A stretch of 64,000 nt of DNA from contig JAZDJR010000029.1 of NCBI GenBank assembly GCA_043803815.1, positions 1 to 64,000 of the forward strand. The letters are read 5' to 3'. This stretch comes from Candidatus Micrarchaeota archaeon. Its GTDB lineage: Archaea; Iainarchaeota; Iainarchaeia; Iainarchaeales; JAGVWC01. A program made the position numbers and the translations under genes. Each line of letters starts with the position of its first letter. The stretch's first letter is position 1. Under the pieces are notes generated by a model. It made no database searches. It was given only the letters and a program-made list of their open reading frames with translations, and had not been told where the DNA came from. Shown in pieces: positions 40,194 through 51,040 of this stretch.

Positions 40194-40298
40194 ATGAGTT
40201 TCGAATTAATTGAACGTAAACGGGAGAACCCGTTTGGCGATGGTTTTACCTTCGACCAACTTCTTTCAAACATGAAAAAACAGGACGGTGGTCGCTAA
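40194..40298 (+). CDS. 34-aa microprotein
   Basis: GGAGGTGA SD; TAATG coupling to next ORF. Confidence 0.65.
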   Translation: MSFELIERKRENPFGDGFTFDQLLSNMKKQDGGR

Positions 40299-40408
40299 TG
40301 ATCTACTTTTCCGACAAACAAGTGGCTCGTGCCCTTGGAAAGGTCGTGACGGGCAAACGCCTAACCAGCTTAGACCAGGCTATTTTGGATTGGGAAGTGG
40401 AACAATGA
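40298..40408 (+). CDS. 36-aa microprotein
   Basis: Coupled at both ends (TAATG, ATGA). Confidence 0.65.
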   Translation: MIYFSDKQVARALGKVVTGKRLTSLDQAILDWEVEQ

Positions 40409-41268
40409 CCGCTACCCAAACCATTCAACAATACAAACCGGTAACGGCTGTTGACCTTGAAAAAAAGGTCGAAGAATACATCAAACAGTTAGCCGAAGAA
40501 ACCGGCGCGGTCCAGCAATCCGCATGGTTCAAAGAATACCTCGATACTATGGCGAAATTTTGGCGCTACTCCCTGAACAACCAAATCCTTATCCACATCC
40601 AAAAACGCGATGCTACCCGCGTGGCCGGATTCCGAACCTGGAACGAAACAGGCCGTCGAATTAAGGCCGGTCAAAAAGCAATCAAAATCCTCGCGCCATT
40701 TACCAAAAAAGTGGTTCAAAAAGACGTGCAAACCGGCGAAGAAAAAGAGGTTGAATTCACTTACTTTTGTCCGGTAAGCGTTTTTGACGTTTCCCAAACC
40801 GAAGGGCGCGACCTGCCGCGCCTCGACATTGATATTGAGGGGAACAGCCACCAAGCCTTGTTGGAGAAACTCGTCGAATTCTGCAAAACCCGCCAAATCG
40901 AAGTCGAGTTCAAACCGCTTGGCATAAACGGTCTGTACGGTTACAGTCAAGGCGGCAAAATCGTGGTTGGAACCAACCAAAGCCCCAACATGCAGGTTAA
41001 TACTCTCGTTCACGAAATCGCGCATGAATTAATGCACTCCGAATCAACTGGTCAGCAGTTTACTAAGAACGAACAAGAGATTCAGGCCGAAAGCGTGGCT
41101 TATGTAGTATGTAAAGTTTTTGGGCTGGAGACAAAAAGCTCGATGTATATAACTCTTTACGAAAATGATTCTGATAAAATTCAAGAACAACTAAAAGAAA
41201 TCGCAGAAGTCACAAAAGTTATCCTTAAACATCTGGTTAATAGTAAAGAAAGCAATTTAAGCGCTTAA
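40405..41268 (+). CDS. ArdC-like ssDNA-binding antirestriction protein with metallopeptidase domain
   Basis: YSLNNQILI, VAGFRTW, VFDVSQTEG, HEIAH, EIQAES. Confidence 0.88.
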   Translation: MTATQTIQQYKPVTAVDLEKKVEEYIKQLAEETGAVQQSAWFKEYLDTMAKFWRYSLNNQILIHIQKRDATRVAGFRTWNETGRRIKAGQKAIKILAPFTKKVVQKDVQTGEEKEVEFTYFCPVSVFDVSQTEGRDLPRLDIDIEGNSHQALLEKLVEFCKTRQIEVEFKPLGINGLYGYSQGGKIVVGTNQSPNMQVNTLVHEIAHELMHSESTGQQFTKNEQEIQAESVAYVVCKVFGLETKSSMYITLYENDSDKIQEQLKEIAEVTKVILKHLVNSKESNLSA

Positions 41269-41282
41269 GCTATCCTTTTATC

Positions 41283-44021
41283 ATGGTTTTAAGTCCAAAT
41301 GAAGTTAGAAGAAGAGCAATTGCGTTTGTTCATGAATGGAAAGATGAAACGCGGGAAAGGGCAGAAGCTCAGACTTTTTGGAATGAATTTTTTGATATTT
41401 TTGGAATTACCCGAAGAAGAGTTGCAACTTTTGAAAAACCAAGCGTTTCAATGCAGGGTGGAAAGGGTTTTATTGACCTGTTTTGGAAGGGTAAACTAGT
41501 TGTAGAACATAAATCGGCGGGACAAAATTTAGACAAAGCTTATTCGCAAGCGTTGGGTTATTTTAGCTCTCTTGAAGAATCAGAGTTGCCGGAGTTTGTC
41601 ATTGTAACGGACTTTAAAAAAATTCGACTTTATGATTTGGATGAGGATTCCCATGTTGAGTTTGAATTAGGTGATTTACCTAAAAAAATTAACTTATTTG
41701 ATTTTATACCTGAAAATCGGCGAGTTATTTATACGGTTGAGGACCCAGTCAACATAAAAGCCGCGGAATTAATGGGTCGACTGCATGATTCTTTAAAGAA
41801 AAATGGTTATCAAGGGCATGATTTGGAAATATTGTTAGTCCGATTAGTCTTTTGCCTTTTTGCGGATGATACTGGGATTTTTGAAAAAGATAAATTTCAT
41901 TTTTTAATTGATAAGAAAACAAATCCTGATGGAAGCGATACTGGCTCAAAGATTATTGAATTGTTTGACATTTTAAACACGTCCGAACTAGAAAGACAAC
42001 AATCACTTGATGAAGATTTAGGGGTCTTTCCATACATTGATGGGAGTCTGTTTGAAGAACGCATTAAAATCCCATCATTCAATAATGAAACAAGGAAAAT
42101 ACTGTTAGACTGTTGCTCATTCAATTGGGAGCTGGTTTCTCCTGCTATATTCGGGTCAATGTTTCAGTCAGTAATGGACCAAGAAGAAAGACACAGTCTT
42201 GGGGCACATTATACTTCCGAAAAAAATATTTTGAAAACCATTAATGGTCTATTTTTAGAGAATTTGACCAAAGAATTTGAAAATCACAAAAAAAATAAGC
42301 AATATCTAAAGGAAATGCTTATACGAGTCGGTAAAATAAAAGTTTTAGACTCCGCCTGTGGGTGTGGAAACTTCCTGATAATTGCATATCGCGAGCTAAG
42401 AAGACTTCAAATAAAAATTAGAAAACAACTTGTAAAACTTGAAGGGCGAGAAGGCCAGCAATTAATGAATATTAGCTTTGACGAAGACTTAAATGTTGAT
42501 TCAATGTATGGCATTGAATTATTAGAATTTCCGGCAAGAATTGCACAGGTTGGTCTGTGGTTAATGGACCATTTAATCAATATGGAACTCTCAAAAGAAT
42601 TTGGTCTTTATTACAAAAGACTTCCTTTAAGAAAGACAGCCAATGTTAAGATTGGAAATGCATTAAGATTGGATTGGCAAGACTTTGTCCGAAAAGAAGA
42701 ACTCTCATACATTATTGGCAATCCCCCCTTCGTTTCAAAGCAGGACCGAGACACACCCCAACAGGAAGATATGGACCTAGTCTGCAAAAATATCGACAAT
42801 TATGGGCTTTTGGATTATGTTTGCTGTTGGTATATAAAAGCCGCGGAATATATTCAAGGAACAAACATCGGTGTTGCACTCGTTTCAACCAATTCAATAG
42901 CTCAAGGGGAACAAGCGGGCATCATTTGGTTTTATTTACTAAAACAAAAACAGATTAAAATAAATTTTGCACATCGGACATTCAGATGGCATAATGATGC
43001 AAGAGGAAAAGCTCAAGTATTTGTAGTCATAATCGGATTTTCACTAAACGATGCTGAAGAAAAATTCTTATTCGAATATGAAACTCCAAACTCTGAGCCA
43101 ATACCCATCAAAGCTAAACACATAAATTCACAACTAATTGACTTTGACGACGTTTTCATTTTTAACAGAAATGAACCCCTTTGCAGTGTTCCAAAAATAT
43201 CCTTCGGAAGTATGCCAAACGATGATGGAAACCTCTTATTTACTGCTGAAGAAATGAAAGAATTTATCAAGAAGGAACCTGACGCAAAGAAGTTCATTAA
43301 GCCATTAATCAGTGCAAAGGAATTCTTGCATGGTGAACAACGATGGTGTTTGTGGCTAAAAGATGCCTCGCCATCGGAACTAAACAGATTAACCTTCGTA
43401 AAAGAAAGAATTGAAAAAGTCAAGCAATATAGAAAGTCAAGTAAAAGAGAGGCAACGATAAAATTGGCCGAACAACCCGCCTTATTCGGTGAAATAAGAC
43501 AACCCAATAGTGATTATATTTTTATTCCGTTGACGACGAGCGAAGGAAGGCACTACATTCCAATGGCATTTTTAACGAAAAACTACATAGTAAACAACAC
43601 CTGCAGCATAATACCAAATGCAGAATTGTATCATTTTGGGATTTTAATGTCATCAATGCACATGGCCTGGGTTAGTGCTGTTTGTGGACGAATGAAAGGA
43701 GATTATCGTTATTCTAATAACTTAGTTTACAACAATTTTCCTTGGCCAAAGGAAATTACAACTGCACAAAAGCTACTAATTTCTAGGCGCGCAAAAGAAG
43801 TTTTAACGGCAAGAGAAAGCTTCAAAGGTTCGACTCTTGCAGATCTTTACAATCCCTTGGCTATGCCAAAAAAACTTTTAGTGGCCCATAAAAAATTAGA
43901 TTTAGCGGTCGAAAAATTGTATTCGAAAAAAAAGCTTAAGACTCAATTGGAAAAATTGACTGTTATTTTTGGCAAGTATTTGGAATATGAAAAACCTCAG
44001 ACAAAACTGACTATTTATTAA
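41283..44021 (+). CDS. MmeI-like fused restriction-modification enzyme (Type IIL/IIG)
   Basis: FIDLFW..VEHKS nuclease, LGAHYTS, DSACGCGNF, GNPPF, YNNFPWP. Confidence 0.92.
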   Translation: MVLSPNEVRRRAIAFVHEWKDETRERAEAQTFWNEFFDIFGITRRRVATFEKPSVSMQGGKGFIDLFWKGKLVVEHKSAGQNLDKAYSQALGYFSSLEESELPEFVIVTDFKKIRLYDLDEDSHVEFELGDLPKKINLFDFIPENRRVIYTVEDPVNIKAAELMGRLHDSLKKNGYQGHDLEILLVRLVFCLFADDTGIFEKDKFHFLIDKKTNPDGSDTGSKIIELFDILNTSELERQQSLDEDLGVFPYIDGSLFEERIKIPSFNNETRKILLDCCSFNWELVSPAIFGSMFQSVMDQEERHSLGAHYTSEKNILKTINGLFLENLTKEFENHKKNKQYLKEMLIRVGKIKVLDSACGCGNFLIIAYRELRRLQIKIRKQLVKLEGREGQQLMNISFDEDLNVDSMYGIELLEFPARIAQVGLWLMDHLINMELSKEFGLYYKRLPLRKTANVKIGNALRLDWQDFVRKEELSYIIGNPPFVSKQDRDTPQQEDMDLVCKNIDNYGLLDYVCCWYIKAAEYIQGTNIGVALVSTNSIAQGEQAGIIWFYLLKQKQIKINFAHRTFRWHNDARGKAQVFVVIIGFSLNDAEEKFLFEYETPNSEPIPIKAKHINSQLIDFDDVFIFNRNEPLCSVPKISFGSMPNDDGNLLFTAEEMKEFIKKEPDAKKFIKPLISAKEFLHGEQRWCLWLKDASPSELNRLTFVKERIEKVKQYRKSSKREATIKLAEQPALFGEIRQPNSDYIFIPLTTSEGRHYIPMAFLTKNYIVNNTCSIIPNAELYHFGILMSSMHMAWVSAVCGRMKGDYRYSNNLVYNNFPWPKEITTAQKLLISRRAKEVLTARESFKGSTLADLYNPLAMPKKLLVAHKKLDLAVEKLYSKKKLKTQLEKLTVIFGKYLEYEKPQTKLTIY

Positions 44022-44096
44022 AATTTTTAAAATAGTGCCGGTTTGGTGTTATCCGGTTCGCTTAACCTGGTTCAACTATTTTTTTATTTCTTTAAT

Positions 44097-45815
44097 TTAA
44101 ACCTGAATGACATTGTCTGCGTATTTTGCATATTTTTCGTCGTGGGACACGAGAATTATTTGCTGCTTTTTTGATATTTGTTTTAGTAAATTCATCGTGT
44201 TTTCGAGCCGGTCTTTGTCAAAAGAGTGAAACGGGTCGTCGAATATGAGTGGAATTGGCTTCCCGGCAAGTTCTTTTGCCACAATTATCCTGATAGCAAT
44301 ATAAATCTGGTCTTTGGTTCCTTGGCTTAACTGGCTTATTGGGATTGAATTTTTTGTTTTTGGGTCAATTATTTGAATATCGGTAATATCATTGTAGCTT
44401 ACTTGGGTATACTTGTTTGAAGTAATTTGCTGGAGCAACTCGCCTATTTCTTTGTTTATTTTTGGGGTAAGCTGACTTTGAAGTTCAGTATACGCTGCTT
44501 GGAGGTATTCTGTTGCGGTTTCATACGCCTGGATTTTTGTATTTAAGTCGTTAAGCTGGGCGTCAAATTGTTCTTGCTTTTCTTTTAATTCAACGGGGTC
44601 AGCGTTCATTTCGGCGATGGTTTCGACTTGGCCGCATAGTTTGGAATATTTTTTTTCGAGTGAGGGGATTTCGGTGTTAAGGGTTTCGAGTTCGTAGAAA
44701 TGCTCGTCATTGAATGGCTTTGCCGAAAATTGTTCGTTTTGAGTTTTGGCTATTGCGAACTCGTTTCGCGCGTTCGTCTCTTCCGCGTTGAGTTCTATTA
44801 TCTTGTTTTTTTTATTTTGAATAAACTGTGTCGGGACGTTCGTTTGGTTAGGTTGGGGTTTTTTGTGTTTTCTGTATAAATGAATCGCAAGGGGTATCGC
44901 GACTATTAACCCGATTATGGTAACCGCGAGTATTAGCGCAAGGATTGCCAGTAAAATATCCATATTGGAAAATTTGGCTTTTTGCTGGATTATTGGCTGG
45001 CTTTCTAATTCTTTTATTTCTTTTTCGAGTTCTTCCTTCTGAGTGGTGATTCCTTTGTATTTTTTTTCAAGCTCTTGCGCTTTTTCTTCGAGCGCTTTTT
45101 TTGTTTTATTTTCTTCGAATGCCGCTTGTAGTTGTTTCTGGCGGGGCTTTTTTTCATTGAGTTGTTTGTCTAAGTATTCAAGCTCAGCTTGGTGGCCTTT
45201 TTTCTTTTCGTGATATTGCTCTACTTGGGGGATTTTTTCGTTTAAGTCATCGAGTTTTTCTTCCAATTCTTGTTTTTCTTGTTCAAAGCTCTTTGTTTTT
45301 TTTGCTATCTTTCGGTCTATTTTTGAAAAAGACTCTTCTTCGGTCGGGGTTTGGTTTAGAAATGCATCGTAAAATTTTGTTTGCGTATTTTGGTCGTCGA
45401 TAATTCCGATTTGGTTTTGGGCCACAAAGGTGGTATTTTTGAAGACTTTTTCATCGACTATTCCAAAATGCTTTGCGACCATTTGATTTATTTGGTCTTT
45501 TTTTTGGGTTACTTTTTTTGTCTTTAATTCAGTAAGTTTATCCGCTTGACTGATATAATCGCGCTCTATGGAAAACTGTTTTCCATCTAGCAAATATGTC
45601 AGTTTGGTTTCACAGGTGGTTTCTTGACCCCAGGATATTAGCGGTTCTATAACTGGGGTTCTTCTGTGAAATACTGCTGATAACAATGCTTCTAACGTGG
45701 TTGATTTTCCGGCTTCGTTTTTTCCAATTATCACATTAAAGCCCGGTTTGAGCAAAATGGTTTTTTTCTTGTCAAATTGCCGAAAACCTTGGAATTCAAG
45801 TTTTTGAAACTGCAT
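44097..45815 (-). CDS. Rad50/SbcC (YhaN-like) ATPase with internal TM hairpin
   Basis: GKNEAGKS, coiled coil, LSQG, LIFDDPF. Confidence 0.88.
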   Translation of the reverse strand: MQFQKLEFQGFRQFDKKKTILLKPGFNVIIGKNEAGKSTTLEALLSAVFHRRTPVIEPLISWGQETTCETKLTYLLDGKQFSIERDYISQADKLTELKTKKVTQKKDQINQMVAKHFGIVDEKVFKNTTFVAQNQIGIIDDQNTQTKFYDAFLNQTPTEEESFSKIDRKIAKKTKSFEQEKQELEEKLDDLNEKIPQVEQYHEKKKGHQAELEYLDKQLNEKKPRQKQLQAAFEENKTKKALEEKAQELEKKYKGITTQKEELEKEIKELESQPIIQQKAKFSNMDILLAILALILAVTIIGLIVAIPLAIHLYRKHKKPQPNQTNVPTQFIQNKKNKIIELNAEETNARNEFAIAKTQNEQFSAKPFNDEHFYELETLNTEIPSLEKKYSKLCGQVETIAEMNADPVELKEKQEQFDAQLNDLNTKIQAYETATEYLQAAYTELQSQLTPKINKEIGELLQQITSNKYTQVSYNDITDIQIIDPKTKNSIPISQLSQGTKDQIYIAIRIIVAKELAGKPIPLIFDDPFHSFDKDRLENTMNLLKQISKKQQIILVSHDEKYAKYADNVIQV

Positions 45816-45823
45816 TTTGTCAC

Positions 45824-46909
45824 CTATAGTTTTCCGTCTAGTGCACGTAATCCGATTCGATAGGCCAGTTCTTTAACTTTCATTTCTTGGCCATTTTTTT
45901 CATTTTTTATTGATTCTTGCATTAATCGAATAAATCTGCCGCGAAGGCTTGCGTCCGGAATTTCGTTCATTGGAATGTGGGTTTGGTCGTTAATTTCCAG
46001 GTAAAAATAGTCGTCTTGAAAGTGTTCTACAAGTGAGTCTGCATCAATTTCGGTTGGATTGGCTGGGGTTCCTTTGAGGGTGAGCCGTAAACTTGTGTTT
46101 ATGTCCGCATTTTGTTTTAAAATTTCAAATGCGCGGTTTTGATTTTGGGTCAGGTCAATTTCTTCTAGTTTGTACGTCGTTTCGTTTGTTTTTTGTTTTT
46201 GAACTTTTACCGTCTCTTCGGTAGTTTCAACTAGTAAAATATTTGATTCGCCGGCTTGTGAAAAACTTAATGGTTCGGGAGTGCCGGCGTACCATGCGGG
46301 TATTTTTGTGTCTAATTGGCTTGTTTTGTGGAAATGTCCCAATGCGAGGTATGTGAGTCCGCTGTTTTCAATGTCTTTTTTGTCTATTGGCGCATAGGCT
46401 TTTTCTTCTTCTTCAGCCCAGTTAAATTTTGTGTAAGAGCCGTGAACTATCCCGACATTTATTTTTTCCGGTTTTTTTACTTCAAAAGCTTTCAGTGGAT
46501 CCGCATCCGGATTTTGATAATTAAATGCACAGCCATGAATAATCCATTCGCCTAAATCGAAACTTTCCATTTTGCTGTTGGTAAAAATTTTAACATTGGA
46601 TGGAAACAAAGAGCAGTCGTATGGATTTTTATCCCCAAAATCGTGATTTCCTGGAACAATAAAGACTGGGATATTCTCTTTGCGCAATTTATTGAATTCG
46701 CTAATTACTGTGTCTATTGTGACTGGGTTTGGAAAACAGGAATCAAATAAATCTCCGCAAATTAACAATGCATCTGCATTTTCCTTAATTGAAAAATTTA
46801 TAATCGTAGAAAAAGTTGTCAATAGTCGTTTTCGTTGTTTATTTGCTTTATTGCCAAGTTTGGAAAATCTGGCGCCTAAATGCAAATCTCCCGTTTGTAC
46901 AAAACGCAT
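45824..46909 (-). CDS. Mre11/SbcD (YhaO-like) nuclease
   Basis: DLHLG, GDLFD, GNHD, HG, LGHFH. Confidence 0.92.
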   Translation of the reverse strand: MRFVQTGDLHLGARFSKLGNKANKQRKRLLTTFSTIINFSIKENADALLICGDLFDSCFPNPVTIDTVISEFNKLRKENIPVFIVPGNHDFGDKNPYDCSLFPSNVKIFTNSKMESFDLGEWIIHGCAFNYQNPDADPLKAFEVKKPEKINVGIVHGSYTKFNWAEEEEKAYAPIDKKDIENSGLTYLALGHFHKTSQLDTKIPAWYAGTPEPLSFSQAGESNILLVETTEETVKVQKQKTNETTYKLEEIDLTQNQNRAFEILKQNADINTSLRLTLKGTPANPTEIDADSLVEHFQDDYFYLEINDQTHIPMNEIPDASLRGRFIRLMQESIKNEKNGQEMKVKELAYRIGLRALDGKL

Positions 46910-47002
46910 ATCGGTCTACCTTCACAGTATACTCCATTTAGAATATCTTAAAAACCAACAAAACTACTCTTCATCGTTTTCACATTGATTGTATGCCGCT
47001 TT

Positions 47003-50000
47003 TTAGTCTCCTTTTGGGCAGTATAATTTGTAGCCGCATTTTTCGCATGTTTTGTCGTCTTGGCTGGGTTCAAAATGGCTTTTTTGATAGTCTTGGCTGG
47101 CTTTTTGGGCGATTTCAAGCAATTCGGCTTGTATTTCTTGGAGCTTTGCAGGGTCTGTGCGGCCGCCGATTTCGGTCATGTCGCCTTCAGGGCTTAGGTT
47201 ATACGTGCGGGGTTTTTCCTGTTCCAGTAGCTCATAGGTTAGGTGTTTGACGGTGTATCCTTTGGCTTTTAGGGTTTGGTCGTTTTGGACTGCTAGTGCA
47301 TAGAGCAAGAGTTGGCGTGCGCGCTTTGTTTTGTCGGGTTCTTGGCCGGTTTTGTAGTCGATGATTTCAATTTCATTGGTTTGCGGGTTTAATTTGTCAA
47401 TGCGGTCGATTTTTCCTTTGAAGTAATAACCGTCGAGTTTGAATTGGAATCCTTGTTCGACTGAAATGTTATTTTGTAATCTGTCGGCTTGTCGGGCCCA
47501 GAATGTATCAAATATAAGTTTGGCCCGTGCGTGGTCGATGCGTGAGTAGTCTGGGTGTTGGGCGGTTTGGTGGGCAATTGTTTGGAGTTGTTCGCGGCTG
47601 GTTATTTTTTGTTGGACTGCAATTTCTAGTGCGCGGTGGATATATTCGCCGAATTTGAGGGCACCGTCTCCTTGGTTGTCGTTTTGGCGGGTTGGCATTC
47701 GTAGGATGTGGGCGAGTTCGTATTTTTTGGGACATTCATCGTAGGTGGATAATGCGGTGAAAGAGAAGGGCGTGTCGGCGGGGTTAAAGGTTTGGCTGTT
47801 AGTGTTTTCATTTTTGGTTTTTTCGAGGATTTGCTGGGCTTCTTGGTTGGCTTTTTGGATTTGGTCTGAATTGGGGTTGATGGGCTTGCCGGTCAGGGTT
47901 GTGTAGGTTAATAAGTGGTGGAATGCTTGGTCTGGGTCAGTGTCGATGTTGGCAATTAAGAGTTTTTTGATTTGGGCTTTTTGGCGTTCGAGGTCGGTGT
48001 CTTTGAGGATGTCGCGGGCTTTGACCTCATTGTCGGTTATGAGTTCAAGGTCGGCGTGGGTTTCGGTTAGACCGTAGCCGGCTTCGCGTAGGAAAATGGA
48101 TGGTTCGCGCTCATTATCGGAGTAGGTTTTAGCAAAGCACAGGTTAAGATTTTTTTTCGCGCGCGTGCAGGCAACGTAAGCTAATCGTCTTTCTTCTTTT
48201 TGTTTTTCAGTTTTTTTGAGTTCTTTGATTTCCTCTTTGGCTTCTTTTGGTGATTTCTCTTTGAGAATGGGCGCATAGCGTTCGTCCAGGGCGTCTGGAA
48301 TAAGGGGTTCTCGACCACCTCTGGTGAGTGGGAATTTATCTTTTACAAGGTCAAGGATGAATACATGATCGAATTCGAGGCCTTTGGCGGCGTGACAGGA
48401 CAAAAGGATGATTCCTTCGTCAGTCGCGAGCTGTTGTGCTTCAAGTTCTTCGCCCATTTCGCCGAGGGTTTCCAAATATTCAATGAATTCGAATAATTCT
48501 GAGCCGTGAATGTCTTGGAATTTAATAGTCAAGTCGTGTAAGTATCGTAGGTTGAGCAAGGATTGTCGGTTTTCATGAGTGGATTCGTACGAGAACCAAC
48601 GTGATAGTCCTGTGCTTTCATAAATATCAAGCAAGAGATTGGAAATGGTTTTGTTTTTGTTTTTTCGTAGCTCCTCAATTTTGGCGCTTAAGCGGGCGAG
48701 CTTTTCTTGGCCGTCGGAGGATAGTCCAGTTGGGGGTTTGCTGAACAAAACATGTTGAATGCTGTCGTATTTAGCTGCGTGGGCTAGTATATGGGAGTCA
48801 GCATTGCTCAAGCCATATTTGTAGTGCAGTAACTTCCACCAGGCAGGGTCTGCTGCAAAGGTGGGTTTTTCCATATTAGCAATGACGTAAAGATACGCGA
48901 GGCTTGTTCGGATTTCTGGGCATCGAAAAAAGCTGGTGCCGCCTATACTTTGGTATGGGATTCCACGTCGATCTAACGTATTTTGGATTTCTTGGGCAGA
49001 TGAATATGAGCGGAATAATATGGCAATTTCATTATATGGCGTGCTGTTCGAATGTACTGTTTCGATTTCCTCGAGAACCCGGCGGGCCTGTTCTTTGGGG
49101 TCAATCGTTTGCAATAATTTGACTTTGGTGCCTTCGGTTTGAAATGCGGATTCAAGTTGTATGGCTCTGGTCGGGTCCGAATAATTGTTTTGTACGAGTC
49201 GGTGGGCGGTCCGTAGAATTGTGTTCGTCGAGCGATAATTTTGCTTTAAAGCTAGTGTTTGGGCATTGAACTCTTTTTCAAATGCCTCCAAATTATTGGC
49301 ATACGCTCCGCGAAATGCGTAAATTGCCTGATTAGGGTCGCCGACAACCGTGATTTTTTTTTGTTCGCCACACAATACTTTCAACAAATCGAATTGTTGT
49401 CGGTTCGTGTCCTGGAATTCGTCCACAATCACATAATCAAACATTTTGGCCAGTTCTTCTTCGCCGCCTTCGGCTGCCCAATCAAGTACGCGCTTGTTGA
49501 GGTCCGCATAATCCAACAAATTCTTCTCCTCTTTGATTTGTTCATAGGCCGTCCATGCATTCAAAAAATTCGAATAATCTTCATATTCCGCAAATAAGTC
49601 CAAAAAGTCCCGGAGTTCCTTCTTTTCCAGTTTAGTTTCTCCAGTCGCCCGCTCTAAATGTAATGTTTGAAGCCGAAGTCTCGCTCTATGAACATATTCT
49701 GCCAAATCCGAACCATCTGTCAACTCGTCCACTTGTCTTTTTAAGTCTGTTAAAAACGATTCATACTGTGCGGGCGTCAAATTCAGGTCTTTGGCTTTTT
49801 CTATGCTTGACACATAAAACTTGGCATTGTAAGCGGGAATCCCAAGCCTTCGATGCAACAGAATGGCGGCATCAATTTCATCCACAATCTGGGCTCCTTC
49901 AGTCACGCCCGTTTGCGTTGAATGTGAAACTAGTAAATCGTAACAAAATGCATGAAATGTGCTAGCTGTACTCTCCTGTGCTGAAGGTAAAACCTTCTCG

Positions 50001-50236
50001 ACATCTTCCTTCATTTTGCGCGCAGCCTCGCGAGAAAAAGTAAGCATTAATAAACGTCCAGGTATAATCCCTTTTTCCTTTATCAAAAATGCAGCCTTGG
50101 CAGTAATCATCATCGTCTTACCCGTGCCTGCGCCAGCAATGACTAAAACAGAGCCGTTAGTCGATTCAACAGCTTGGCATTGTTCGGGATTTAGCTGTTT
50201 GCCGGTTTCCGTTTGGAACCATTCAAAAAAAGTCAT
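47003..50236 (-). CDS. UvrD/PcrA helicase fused to RecB-like nuclease
   Basis: AGAGTGKT, VDEFQD, KGLEF, YVACTRA; GKIDRID..IIDYKTG; Cys motif. Confidence 0.92.
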   Translation of the reverse strand: MTFFEWFQTETGKQLNPEQCQAVESTNGSVLVIAGAGTGKTMMITAKAAFLIKEKGIIPGRLLMLTFSREAARKMKEDVEKVLPSAQESTASTFHAFCYDLLVSHSTQTGVTEGAQIVDEIDAAILLHRRLGIPAYNAKFYVSSIEKAKDLNLTPAQYESFLTDLKRQVDELTDGSDLAEYVHRARLRLQTLHLERATGETKLEKKELRDFLDLFAEYEDYSNFLNAWTAYEQIKEEKNLLDYADLNKRVLDWAAEGGEEELAKMFDYVIVDEFQDTNRQQFDLLKVLCGEQKKITVVGDPNQAIYAFRGAYANNLEAFEKEFNAQTLALKQNYRSTNTILRTAHRLVQNNYSDPTRAIQLESAFQTEGTKVKLLQTIDPKEQARRVLEEIETVHSNSTPYNEIAILFRSYSSAQEIQNTLDRRGIPYQSIGGTSFFRCPEIRTSLAYLYVIANMEKPTFAADPAWWKLLHYKYGLSNADSHILAHAAKYDSIQHVLFSKPPTGLSSDGQEKLARLSAKIEELRKNKNKTISNLLLDIYESTGLSRWFSYESTHENRQSLLNLRYLHDLTIKFQDIHGSELFEFIEYLETLGEMGEELEAQQLATDEGIILLSCHAAKGLEFDHVFILDLVKDKFPLTRGGREPLIPDALDERYAPILKEKSPKEAKEEIKELKKTEKQKEERRLAYVACTRAKKNLNLCFAKTYSDNEREPSIFLREAGYGLTETHADLELITDNEVKARDILKDTDLERQKAQIKKLLIANIDTDPDQAFHHLLTYTTLTGKPINPNSDQIQKANQEAQQILEKTKNENTNSQTFNPADTPFSFTALSTYDECPKKYELAHILRMPTRQNDNQGDGALKFGEYIHRALEIAVQQKITSREQLQTIAHQTAQHPDYSRIDHARAKLIFDTFWARQADRLQNNISVEQGFQFKLDGYYFKGKIDRIDKLNPQTNEIEIIDYKTGQEPDKTKRARQLLLYALAVQNDQTLKAKGYTVKHLTYELLEQEKPRTYNLSPEGDMTEIGGRTDPAKLQEIQAELLEIAQKASQDYQKSHFEPSQDDKTCEKCGYKLYCPKGD

Positions 50237-50967
50237 ACGGTCCCTCTAAAATAATTTTCTAACTTTTTAATTGTTCCATATTTTTTGTAGTTATTATTGA
50301 ACCAAATATCTGAATCTTTGATACTTTTCGCGTAGTCCCATTTTTTCGTGTGAGTTTGCTGGATTATTTTTGCTTCTTTTGGAAATTCAAAAAAAGATAT
50401 ACCTCTTTTGACGTTTGTAAATCGTTTATAGATTTTTTTATTTAATCTCAAGACCGATGCTGGAACCCAAAAAATACGCTTTATTTTCCAGCTCGACTTT
50501 TTAAACTCGGGATAATCTTCTCTTCCATGAAGAGTAATCAAAGCGGCAAAATCAAATTTTTCATCCCCTTTTTTATTTTTTGTACCAAACCTCCAACCCC
50601 ATTGATAAATTCTGCGTTTGAATTTCCACTTTTTATTTCTCTTGATATGCATAAAGTCCTGGTTTGGATAGACTCCCTCATTTTTCAAAGTTGAAGTTTT
50701 TACTTCAATTCTGACTTCCTTTCCTTGGAACTGCAATAGTAAGTCATATCTGTGATGGCCACTTTTGTAATACACTTTGGCTTTTGGAAATTCACGCAAA
50801 AGGAGCTGTGCCACTTGGAATTCCCCATATGTGCCGATAATCGAATTGGCAATTTTTAGACCGGTTTTATCAGAATAATTCCTGATTTGGCTAATCAATT
50901 TGAGCCCTTTTTTAATTATCTGTTTATTCAGCGGTTTGGGTGCTTCCTTTCTGTTCTTTCTACGCAT
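50233..50967 (-). CDS. PD-(D/E)XK restriction-endonuclease-like protein
   Basis: GTYGE, YDLL..IEVKTS. Confidence 0.72.
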   Translation of the reverse strand: MRRKNRKEAPKPLNKQIIKKGLKLISQIRNYSDKTGLKIANSIIGTYGEFQVAQLLLREFPKAKVYYKSGHHRYDLLLQFQGKEVRIEVKTSTLKNEGVYPNQDFMHIKRNKKWKFKRRIYQWGWRFGTKNKKGDEKFDFAALITLHGREDYPEFKKSSWKIKRIFWVPASVLRLNKKIYKRFTNVKRGISFFEFPKEAKIIQQTHTKKWDYAKSIKDSDIWFNNNYKKYGTIKKLENYFRGTV

Positions 50968-51040
50968 CGCTGTTTTCCCACCTGTAATTTATCAAGTTCA
51001 GTATCATTTTTCTTCATTCGTTGGTATTTTTTTCACTTTG

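Noticed and set aside
40288-40404. Longer N-terminus for the ArdC-like gene
   Set aside because: Better explained by the coupled 36-aa ORF and ATG at 40405.
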